DNA of 64,000 bases from Ectothiorhodospiraceae bacterium (GTDB lineage: Bacteria; Pseudomonadota; Gammaproteobacteria; Nitrococcales; Aquisalimonadaceae): NCBI GenBank assembly GCA_020831845.1, contig JAFIFV010000125.1, forward strand, positions 714 through 64,713. The letters run 5' to 3'. This document shows positions 9,273 through 17,400 of this stretch, in pieces (position 1 is the first letter of the stretch; every line of letters starts with the position of its first letter). Position numbers and translations under genes: made by a program. The notes under the pieces are model-generated. The model did no database searches, was not told where the DNA came from, and saw only the letters and a list, made by a program, of their open reading frames with translations.

Positions 9273-9539
9273 GGGAAACACTGATTAATTCCCGCGCTCG
9301 CGTTATAGTTGGATTTTCGCGATGCTAGGCGCGGTGCGCAGTGCCGTGGTCATTCCACGGTCAAGCGCCGCAACAACGCAGCGCGAAAAATCCAACTGTA
9401 ACCCCTCCGGGCTCGGCCGCATCGCCCGTGGCGGTGTCGCAAGCCACCGCAGGTAGAATGACTACCTGCGGCACCTTGCTTCTAGCCACGAACGAAAATA
9501 GGACTCGAGCGCGAACGTGTCAATTAATCAGTGTTTCCC
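9273..9539 (+). mobile_element. MITE-like non-coding element, intact copy 1 (267 bp)
   Basis: 18-nt terminal inverted repeats GGGAAACACTGATTAATT / AATTAATCAGTGTTTCCC flanked by TA (9271-72, 9540-41). Internal ~20-bp-stem hairpin at 9302-9402. A homologous copy lies at 52287-52497. No ORF. Confidence 0.75.
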
Positions 9540-9554
9540 TAGGCAGTGGCAGGC

Positions 9555-10595
9555 ATGAATCAGCAAGCGAACCCTCTGGAGCGCAGGCAGACCGATCTTC
9601 GGGCACAGCTCCGACAGGCCGAGCGCCCGATTCTGCTCGGTGTTGCCGGCGACAGCGGCAGCGGCAAGACCACCTATACCCATGGCATACGACGCCTGCT
9701 CGGAAACGACATGGTGACCACCATTGCGCTGGACGGCTACCACAAGGAGGACCGGGCCCAGCGCAGAAAGAGCGGCCGGCTACCACTGGACCCGGACGCC
9801 AACCATCTGGATCTGGTGGAGGAACATCTGCGCGCGCTCCGGACCGGGCAACCGGTGGAGGTGCCCATCTACAATCACGGCACCGGCTGCTTCGATGCAC
9901 CCCAGATCGTTCGCCCCGCACAAGTCGTGGTGATCGAGGGCCTGCATGCGCTGTACTCCCAGTTCCTGCCGCTGCTGGATTTCTCGCTGTACGTGGACTC
10001 TGACCAGGACGTGAAATGGCGCTGGAAATTCGAACGCGACGTTGTTGCCCGAGGTCATGACCCGGAAGATCTGGAAAGCGAGATCCAGCGCCGGGAGGCC
10101 GCCTACAAACAGTGGATCGATTTCCAGAAAACCCATGCCAATGTGGTCATCAAGGTGCATGAGAGCCATCTCTCGGCACTGGCGCACCAGCAGTATGACG
10201 GTTCGCTACCGGACAACTGTTATCATATGGAAATAATCGTCAGCCCAAGCGAACTGCCGTTGCACCCGCTGAACCTGCCGGTGAACCTGAATGGGCTGAC
10301 CATGCTGGATGCGCAGCCGTTCATGCTGGCTTCGGTACCCAGCACCTACTGGGGCAGACGCGTCAACGTGATCCATGTGGACGGCATATTGCCGATGGAG
10401 GCCATGCACCGCCTGGAAGAGGACATCATGGCGTTGACCGGAATCGCGACCGAGCTGGATACACGCGTCCTCACCGAGCAGGCACAGAACTCCACCATGC
10501 GATTCACCCAGTCGCTGGTGGCCTGGCCGTTCCTCGGCCGGATATCGGCACTGCTTTCCGGTGACGCACCGGACACCGAGGAGTTCGACACCTGA
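9555..10595 (+). CDS. phosphoribulokinase/uridine kinase family protein (PRK-like)
   Basis: P-loop GVAGDSGSGKTT. The ~347-aa length and sequence resemble long (class II-type) PRKs. The ORF-track GTG at 9546 is an alternative start. The start lies 14 nt after the repeat element. Confidence 0.75.
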   Translation: MNQQANPLERRQTDLRAQLRQAERPILLGVAGDSGSGKTTYTHGIRRLLGNDMVTTIALDGYHKEDRAQRRKSGRLPLDPDANHLDLVEEHLRALRTGQPVEVPIYNHGTGCFDAPQIVRPAQVVVIEGLHALYSQFLPLLDFSLYVDSDQDVKWRWKFERDVVARGHDPEDLESEIQRREAAYKQWIDFQKTHANVVIKVHESHLSALAHQQYDGSLPDNCYHMEIIVSPSELPLHPLNLPVNLNGLTMLDAQPFMLASVPSTYWGRRVNVIHVDGILPMEAMHRLEEDIMALTGIATELDTRVLTEQAQNSTMRFTQSLVAWPFLGRISALLSGDAPDTEEFDT

Positions 10596-10603
10596 ACAGC
10601 GGT

Positions 10604-10816
10604 ATGCGCCTGGGGTTGGCGGTGGCCTGCGCGTTGCTGGTCATCGGTGCCTATATCGCCCTGCTGTGGGCCTTCGTGCGCTGGATCTGGCCGCTGCTCC
10701 CGACCTGGGCAATGTTGCTGGTATTCCTGGCGCTGGCCGTCCTGGTGATAGGCTCTCCCATCACGGCGCTACGCGTTTACAACAAGGTTCGCGGGCGCGA
10801 CGACAACCCGCCCTAG
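10604..10816 (+). CDS. small two-TM membrane protein (hypothetical)
   Basis: 70 aa with two clear hydrophobic helices, 9 nt after the prk-like stop. Confidence 0.45.
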   Translation: MRLGLAVACALLVIGAYIALLWAFVRWIWPLLPTWAMLLVFLALAVLVIGSPITALRVYNKVRGRDDNPP

Positions 10817-10889
10817 GGAAACGCGACCTGTTCAACGCGACCCTGAGGCGGGAGACTGCCGCCGCACGCTCGACACCCGTGGAGAAGAC

Positions 10890-11960
10890 ATGACCGAATC
10901 GCCTGCTTCGTCCTGGACTCGGCAACTGCAGACTGCACTGGACGCGCAGCATCAGGCCATGGAAGCCATCACCGAACTGCAGCAGAGCCTGCCCCCCACC
11001 CTCTCGCCGGGCAGAGAGCACCCCGACCTGCCCCGGGCGCTGGAAGCAGTGGCAACGGCATCCACCACCGACCTGGCGTTGACTGCGTTCTGCGAGTGGT
11101 GGCTGCGTCTGGACCGCCGGCTGAAGGGAACGGTGCTGCTTCAGACCGCGGAAGGCAACCCGCCCTCCATCGCCGCGGCCTGGGATACCGACAATTACTG
11201 GGTGGACAGCGTGGAATCCATGGGGCGCCACCGGGACGACGACCAGGCTCACCAGGTATTGCAGGAACTGCGCTCCCTGCCGCCGGAACGCGTGGGAACC
11301 GCACCGCTGGACGCCTTTGGTGCCACCTGTGGGGAGATCCGTTACTGGAGCGCCGATGACGGTGAACCGGTGCTGGGGACCAGCCAGCGAATCCTGGCAC
11401 AGGGCCTGGCGATGACGCTGGCAGCGCTGTCGCTGCAGGTGATCAACCGACAGCGCTCCGTACGGGATCCGCTAACCGGCCTTTTCAACTGGCGATATCT
11501 GGAGGAAACGCTGCACCGGGAGTTCCACCGCAGTCGCCGCACCGGTCAGTCTCTGGGGCTGCTGCTGGTCGATCTGGACGGGTTCGCCGCGTTCAACCGG
11601 GACCATGGCACAGCCAACGGGGACCGTCTGCTGCAGATCGTGGGCGGCCTGCTGCAGGCTTCGTTCCGGGGCTCGGACGTGTGCTGCCGCATGGACGGAG
11701 GACAGTTCGCCGTGGTCATGCCGGATGCCAGCATGGAAGACACCGCCCGGCGCGCCCGCGACCTGCTCACGGCACTCCGCGGCACGGGTGTCAACCGCGG
11801 CGGGCGCAGTATTCCCGCCCCGACCGCGTCCATCGGCGGGGCCGCCTATCCCCTGCACGGCAGCGAGGTGAGCGTGCTACTGGACGCCGCGGACAGCGCA
11901 CGCCTGCTGGCGCGCCAGGAGGGCGGCGACTGTATCCGTATCGCCGAACGGCTGGAATGA
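10890..11960 (+). CDS. GGDEF-domain protein with degenerate active site (DGGQF) and retained RxxD I-site
   Basis: RDPLTGLFNWRYLEE..DLDGFAAFNRDHG..RGSD-VCCRM-DGGQF (motif 11694-11708, RxxD 11667-11678). The ~180-aa N-domain is unassigned. Confidence 0.85.
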   Translation: MTESPASSWTRQLQTALDAQHQAMEAITELQQSLPPTLSPGREHPDLPRALEAVATASTTDLALTAFCEWWLRLDRRLKGTVLLQTAEGNPPSIAAAWDTDNYWVDSVESMGRHRDDDQAHQVLQELRSLPPERVGTAPLDAFGATCGEIRYWSADDGEPVLGTSQRILAQGLAMTLAALSLQVINRQRSVRDPLTGLFNWRYLEETLHREFHRSRRTGQSLGLLLVDLDGFAAFNRDHGTANGDRLLQIVGGLLQASFRGSDVCCRMDGGQFAVVMPDASMEDTARRARDLLTALRGTGVNRGGRSIPAPTASIGGAAYPLHGSEVSVLLDAADSARLLARQEGGDCIRIAERLE

Positions 11961-13069
11961 TCACCATGGGCAACCAGTTCACCGTCCACTACCGCCTGCA
12001 TTGTGCCCCCGGGGAAGATCCGATGCAGAAAGCACGCGGCATCGCCCTGGAACAGACCGTGGAACTGCCCGCGGATTGCCTGCGTCCGGACATCGCCGAT
12101 ACCTGGGTGGGCCAGATCCAGTCACTGGAAGAACAGGCGCCGCGGCAATGGAACTGCGCCATCGCCTACGACAGCCGGCTGGCCGGCGAGGAACTGAGCC
12201 AGCTGCTGAATACGCTGTTCGGCAACATCTCGCTGAAAAGCGGCATCGTGGTGGACGCGGTGGACTGGCCGCACAGCCTGCTGGAATGCTTCGGCGGGCC
12301 GCGCCACGGCATCGAGGGGCTGCGGCAGATGACCGGCGTACCCGCCGGCAAGCCGATGACCTGCACGGCCTTGAAACCAGTGGGCTACAGCGCGGAAGAG
12401 CTGGCCGCACTGGCCTATGCCTTTGCGCTCGGCGGCGTGGATATCATCAAGGATGACCACGGCATCGCAAACCAGCCCACCGCGCCTTACCTGGAGCGGC
12501 TGCACGCCTGCCAGCAGGCGGTGGAGCGGGCGAACCGTGAAACCGGCGGCTCCAGCCGCTACTTCCCCAATGTCACCGCCCCGCATCATTTGCTGAAACG
12601 CCGGCTGGACGCCGCGGCGGATGCCGGCTGCGAGGGAGCATTGATCAGCCCGTGGCTCACCGGGCTGGACTCCCTCCGCTGGGCCCGCGACCACAGCGGC
12701 CTGGCAATGATGGCCCACCCGGCGCTCACCGGCGGCCAGATGGGCGAAACCCACGGCCTGTCGCCCGCGCTGCTGCTCGGGGAGCTTTTCCGACTGGCCG
12801 GCGCGGATGCCTCCATCTATCCGAATACCGGCGGTCGCTTCGGCTTCACAGAGGACCAGTGCCACGCCATCAATCGGGCACTGCGTGAACCGCTAGGGGG
12901 GCTGAAACCATCGGCACCGACGCCCGGCGGCGGCATGGATGCCGAGCGGGCACCGTATTGGATTGAACGCTACGGCCCCGATACCATCATACTGATTGGC
13001 GGCAGCCTGTACGCCCAGGGCGACATAACGGCTGCCTCCGGGAACCTGCTCAAGGCACTGGGAAGATAG
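11957..13069 (+). CDS. RuBisCO-like protein (form IV large-subunit homologue)
   Basis: ATG overlaps the GGDEF stop (ATGA). GGVDIIKDDHGIANQ replaces the RuBisCO GG.DF.KDDE segment. About 370 aa with no small-subunit gene nearby. The 11681-11956 part of the ORF-track entry is an out-of-gene extension. Confidence 0.85.
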   Translation: MITMGNQFTVHYRLHCAPGEDPMQKARGIALEQTVELPADCLRPDIADTWVGQIQSLEEQAPRQWNCAIAYDSRLAGEELSQLLNTLFGNISLKSGIVVDAVDWPHSLLECFGGPRHGIEGLRQMTGVPAGKPMTCTALKPVGYSAEELAALAYAFALGGVDIIKDDHGIANQPTAPYLERLHACQQAVERANRETGGSSRYFPNVTAPHHLLKRRLDAAADAGCEGALISPWLTGLDSLRWARDHSGLAMMAHPALTGGQMGETHGLSPALLLGELFRLAGADASIYPNTGGRFGFTEDQCHAINRALREPLGGLKPSAPTPGGGMDAERAPYWIERYGPDTIILIGGSLYAQGDITAASGNLLKALGR

Positions 13070-13075
13070 GCATCA

Positions 13076-13522
13076 ATGGCCAAGATCATACGCGCACGCG
13101 ACTACCGCTGGGACGTTCCGCTAAAGGAATACAAGACCGACGGCACCGGGTTCCGCGACATCACCCGGCAGACCATCCTCGGCGAGGGAGAAAACGAGGA
13201 GCGCCTGAACTTCCTGACGCGCTATTTCGAAGTCCAGCCTGGAGGGTACTCCTCGCTGGAGCACCATGAGCATCCCCACGCCGTGATCATCATCCGCGGT
13301 GAAGGGGAGGTGATCCTGAAGGACAGCGTGGAACTCGTGGGCCTGCACGACTGCGTGTACATCTCGCCTCACACCTACCATCAGTTCCACGCCACCGGCA
13401 ACGAGCCACTGGGGTTCCTGTGCATGGTGGACCGGGAGCGGGACAGGCCGCAGATTCCCGGCGAGGAGGAAGTCGAGCAGCTCAAGCGGTCGCCCGAGGT
13501 GGCCAAACGACTGAAAGTCTGA
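13076..13522 (+). CDS. cupin-domain protein
   Basis: Cupin motifs GGYSSLEHHEHPHAVIIIRGEG and YISPHTYHQFHATG. 6 nt after the RLP stop. Confidence 0.8.
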   Translation: MAKIIRARDYRWDVPLKEYKTDGTGFRDITRQTILGEGENEERLNFLTRYFEVQPGGYSSLEHHEHPHAVIIIRGEGEVILKDSVELVGLHDCVYISPHTYHQFHATGNEPLGFLCMVDRERDRPQIPGEEEVEQLKRSPEVAKRLKV

Positions 13523-13557
13523 GGCAGCAACGAGGTATTCGCGGTGACGTGAATGCT

Positions 13558-14112
13558 TCAGCGTTTCCACTTGATGCTGCAGCCCACGCTGGGCCGCTGC
13601 GGAATGTCGATATCCTTTCCGGTCAGTACCGCCGTGGCGGCGATACGCAGATCCTCCCCGCTGACCGACTTGCCATTGCCGGGGCGGCTGTCGTCGAACT
13701 GCCCGCGATAGACCAGTTCGCGCTCGCCATCGAACAGAAAGAAATCCGGGGTGCAGACGGCGCCATAACTGCGCGCCACTTGCTGCGAGGCGTCATGCGC
13801 ATAGGGAAACGGGTAGCCCACCCGCGCCTTCTCGCGCACCATGGCCTCGAAGCTATCCTCAGGAACCCGCGCCTCGTCGTTGGAATTGATCGCCACTATG
13901 GCCACCCCCCGGGGAATGAACTCCCGGCCGAAGCTGGCAAGGCCGGCACTGAGGTGACGGACAAAGGGGCAATGGGTGCAGATGAAGGCCACCAGCAACG
14001 CGGGGGCATCGGCGAAATCGTCCCGGGCGACGATGCCGCCGTCGGTCTCCGGCAACCGGAAGTTCGGCGCCTGCGTTCCGAGTGGAATCATGTCCGACGT
14101 CAATGGCGGCAT
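13558..14112 (-). CDS. thioredoxin-fold (AhpC/TSA-redoxin like) protein
   Basis: APNFRLPETDG...LLVAFICTHCPFV CxxC context. Confidence 0.8.
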   Translation of the reverse strand: MPPLTSDMIPLGTQAPNFRLPETDGGIVARDDFADAPALLVAFICTHCPFVRHLSAGLASFGREFIPRGVAIVAINSNDEARVPEDSFEAMVREKARVGYPFPYAHDASQQVARSYGAVCTPDFFLFDGERELVYRGQFDDSRPGNGKSVSGEDLRIAATAVLTGKDIDIPQRPSVGCSIKWKR

Positions 14113-14171
14113 GCAGTGAAGCCTCCGAAAACGCGTGACCCGGGCCCGGTATGGGCCCGGGTCGGATCACA

Positions 14172-15194
14172 TCAGCTGTCGGCGTCCTCGACCAGTTCCA
14201 GAAGCAAATCGAGCAGGCGCTCACCCCGCTCACCAACCATGTCCACGAAGGTATCGCGCACAGGCACACTCAACTCACGAAAGGCCTCGCGCTCCTCGGC
14301 CGTCAGTTCGACGATCTGGATATCACTGTTTTCCTTGATGGTATCCAGCCGTTCTTCATTGAGTTCAACCTGGACCTCGTGAATGTACTCCACCAACTCG
14401 GCGGCCACGTCTTCCACGATTTCCTTCAGCTCGTCGGACAGGCCGTCATACCAGTCGCGGTTGCCCATGAAAGTGGCGATGAATTGCGCCTGATTGGCGA
14501 ACACAAGGTAATCCTGTACCTCGTAGAAGCTCATTTCCTCATGCGCGAATACCGGCTGGATGTTGCCCTCGATCTGGCCGAGCTGCAGGCCACTGTAGAT
14601 CTCGCCGTACTCCATTGTCGTGGGATCGGCACCATAGGCCTGATAGGTTTCGCGCAACAGGCGGTTATCCATGGTCCGGATGGCGATGCCCGAGAAATCC
14701 TCCGGCGTCCGCACCTCCTCCTGCAGGCCCCAGACCTGCCAACCTTCCGGAACCACCGCAAGCGGGTGCAGATCACGGTCTCGGAACGCGCCCTGGAAAT
14801 CCTCGCTCTTCAGGAACTCATCCGAATTCAGAACCTGGGTGTTGGTCCATTCATCGTCGGTGAGGATGAAATTCAGGCTGAACAACTGGCTCTCGGGAAC
14901 GGTGCCGCCGAGGAAACCGGAGCCGAACGCCAGTTGAATGGCGCCACTCTGCACCGCATCGTAGATGTCGGTCAGGCCGCCGATCTGGCCGTACGGAAAC
15001 AGTTGGACAGTGACGGCGCCATCCGTGCGCTCCTCCATCAGCTCGGCAAAGCGTGCACCGTACTCGTACTGGACGCTGCCTTCGATTTCCTCGAGACCGA
15101 AGCGCCAGGTCTGCGCCTCGATGGCGTGGGAAACGCCGGAGCCGAACACTGCCACACCCAGCGCGGCCGAAATAACTCCATGATGCCAACGCAT
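14172..15194 (-). CDS. dctP: TRAP transporter substrate-binding protein (DctP family)
   Basis: Signal peptide and typical DctP-family N-terminal half (..FPYGQIGG..DAVQSGAIQLAFGSG..). Divergent from dctQM. Confidence 0.8.
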   Translation of the reverse strand: MRWHHGVISAALGVAVFGSGVSHAIEAQTWRFGLEEIEGSVQYEYGARFAELMEERTDGAVTVQLFPYGQIGGLTDIYDAVQSGAIQLAFGSGFLGGTVPESQLFSLNFILTDDEWTNTQVLNSDEFLKSEDFQGAFRDRDLHPLAVVPEGWQVWGLQEEVRTPEDFSGIAIRTMDNRLLRETYQAYGADPTTMEYGEIYSGLQLGQIEGNIQPVFAHEEMSFYEVQDYLVFANQAQFIATFMGNRDWYDGLSDELKEIVEDVAAELVEYIHEVQVELNEERLDTIKENSDIQIVELTAEEREAFRELSVPVRDTFVDMVGERGERLLDLLLELVEDADS

Positions 15195-15437
15195 CTCTCT
15201 ACCTCCTTCTTCGTCTTAAAGGCTGTTCCGGGAACTCATCGTGCTCCGCCCCGTTCGACGGGAAACTCCATCGCACTGTATGCGGACCGACTCCCACCGG
15301 ACTGCTAGACGTCGCCGAGTCTTCCTGGGGGTTACTTTCAACCTTAACACACCCCCGGACCTTGTCTACGCGGTGTCCAAGCGCCGGCATCTGGGCTATG
15401 GTGATTAGGAAATTGCTGCTGTTACGGGGGGTGGGAC

Positions 15438-16061
15438 ATGGCCGAAACCGGCTCGGATCAGCCGTCGCGGAAACGCGGGGGACCGCTACTGAAACTGATA
15501 CGCGGCATCGACCGGGGCCTGGAATTCGCGGAGATGACCATCGTTGGGGGCTCCATTCTGATCATGGCACTGGTCATGGTGACGCATGTGCTGGGTCGCA
15601 CCTTCTTCCGCACCGGCATACCCGGCGTGACCGAGATCACCGAGCTTCTGATCATCCTGATCACCTTCGTCGGCGTCAGCTACGCAGTCCGACGCGCTCG
15701 TCACATATCCATGTCCGCAATCTACGATCAACTGGGCGGCATGATCCGCAAAGGCATGCAGGTGCTCATCTGTGTGGTAACCGGGGCGCTGTTGCTCTAC
15801 CTGGCGTGGGAGGCACTTGGCTACACGCAGACCATCTACGCTCGTGGACGCACCACCTCGGCGCTCAACATTCCCCTCTGGATCATCTATGCCGTCCTGC
15901 CCGTGGGCTTTTTCCTCGCAGGCATTCAGTACTGGCTGACCGCGCTGCGCAATCTCACCACGCGTGAGATGTACCGCTCATTCACCGAGCTCGAACTCTA
16001 CGACGACGTTCCGGCCGACGGCACGAACTCTATCCCGACGGAGAATACGGAGAAAAACTAG
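15438..16061 (+). CDS. dctQ: TRAP transporter small permease (DctQ family)
   Basis: Four TM helices, size, and position upstream of dctM. Confidence 0.8.
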   Translation: MAETGSDQPSRKRGGPLLKLIRGIDRGLEFAEMTIVGGSILIMALVMVTHVLGRTFFRTGIPGVTEITELLIILITFVGVSYAVRRARHISMSAIYDQLGGMIRKGMQVLICVVTGALLLYLAWEALGYTQTIYARGRTTSALNIPLWIIYAVLPVGFFLAGIQYWLTALRNLTTREMYRSFTELELYDDVPADGTNSIPTENTEKN

Positions 16062-16096
16062 GCCCAGGCCCACGGCCGCAAGGGAGAAAAGTCACC

Positions 16097-17383
16097 ATGC
16101 TCACATGGCTCATCATTCTGATGGTGGTTCTGCTGCTGCTCGGTTTCCCCATGATGGTACCGCTGCTGGCCGCCACGCTGTTCATGATGTTCACGGACAT
16201 GACCTTCTTCGGTCCGGATCAGGGCATCAGCTGGATGATTACCGGCGTCAGCAACTGGGTACTCGCTGCGGTGCCCATGTTCATCTTCGCCGCCGACATC
16301 ATGACCAAGGGACACACGGCGAACCGGCTGCTGGACCTGGTCAGTGCCTTCTGCGGCCACCTGCGCGGCGGCCTGCCGATCACCACCGCCGCAAGCTGCA
16401 CGCTGTTCGGCGCCGTCTCCGGTTCCACCCAGGCGACGGTGGTGGCCATGGGCGGCCCGATGCGGCCCCGCCTGCTGGCCAAGGGCTACAAGGACAGCTT
16501 CACGCTGGCGCTGATCATCAATGCCAGCGACATCGCGCTGCTGATCCCGCCCAGCATCGGCATGATTGTCTACGGCGTGATCGCGCGCGGAGCCTCCATC
16601 GGTGACCTGTTCATCGCGGGCATCCTCCCCGGGCTGATGATCCTGCTGATGTTCTCCATCTACTGCTATGTCGCCTCGCGCATCATGGGCATCGAGGCGG
16701 AACCCCGCGCCGGCTGGAAGACGCGTCTGCGGGCGCTGCGCGGCGCACTGCTGCCGCTGGGCTTCCCGCTGCTGGTGGTCGGCGGCATCTACACGGGCAC
16801 CTTCAGCCCGGTGGAAGCCTCGGCCATGGCCGTGCTCTACGCCTTCGTGCTGGAAGTGATCATCTACCGCAAGGTCAGCCTGAAGGACATGGGCTCCATC
16901 GCCCTGTCCACCGGCATGATCACCGCCGTCGTCTTCGTGCTGGTGGCCGCCGGCTATGCCTTCTCCCAGGCACTGAGCACCGCCGGCATTCCCCAGCAGA
17001 TCCTGCAGCCCATCATCGCCGCCTTCGGAGACAATCCCACCGCGGCGCTGGCGCTGATCGCGGTGGCCTATTTCATCGGCTGCATGTTCGTGGACCCGAT
17101 CGTGGTCATTCTGATCCTCACGCCGCTGTTTGCGCCGCTGGTGCAGGCCACGGGTCTGGACCCGGTGCACGTGGGCGTGGTGGTGACTTTGCAGGCGGCC
17201 ATCGGGTCGGCAACACCGCCCTTCGGCTGCGACATCTTCACCGCCATGGCGGTATTCCGAAGGCCCTATCTCGATGTGATACGCGGCACGCCGCCGTTCA
17301 TCTTCATATTGCTGATCGCCACCGTGCTGGTGATCCTGTTCCCGCAGATTTCCCTGTGGTTGCCCTCGATGGGCGCCCAGTAA
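16097..17383 (+). CDS. dctM: TRAP transporter large permease (DctM family)
   Basis: 428 aa, about 12 TM helices, DctM-like sequence throughout. Confidence 0.9.
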   Translation: MLTWLIILMVVLLLLGFPMMVPLLAATLFMMFTDMTFFGPDQGISWMITGVSNWVLAAVPMFIFAADIMTKGHTANRLLDLVSAFCGHLRGGLPITTAASCTLFGAVSGSTQATVVAMGGPMRPRLLAKGYKDSFTLALIINASDIALLIPPSIGMIVYGVIARGASIGDLFIAGILPGLMILLMFSIYCYVASRIMGIEAEPRAGWKTRLRALRGALLPLGFPLLVVGGIYTGTFSPVEASAMAVLYAFVLEVIIYRKVSLKDMGSIALSTGMITAVVFVLVAAGYAFSQALSTAGIPQQILQPIIAAFGDNPTAALALIAVAYFIGCMFVDPIVVILILTPLFAPLVQATGLDPVHVGVVVTLQAAIGSATPPFGCDIFTAMAVFRRPYLDVIRGTPPFIFILLIATVLVILFPQISLWLPSMGAQ

Positions 17384-17400
17384 GCGCAATAGGCTCAGAC

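Noticed and set aside
11681-11956. Upstream extension of the RLP ORF (462-aa version).
   Set aside because: It overlaps the 3' end of the GGDEF gene out of frame and has a low-complexity Arg/Gly/Pro translation. The ATG at 11957 with the ATGA stop-start overlap is the sensible start.
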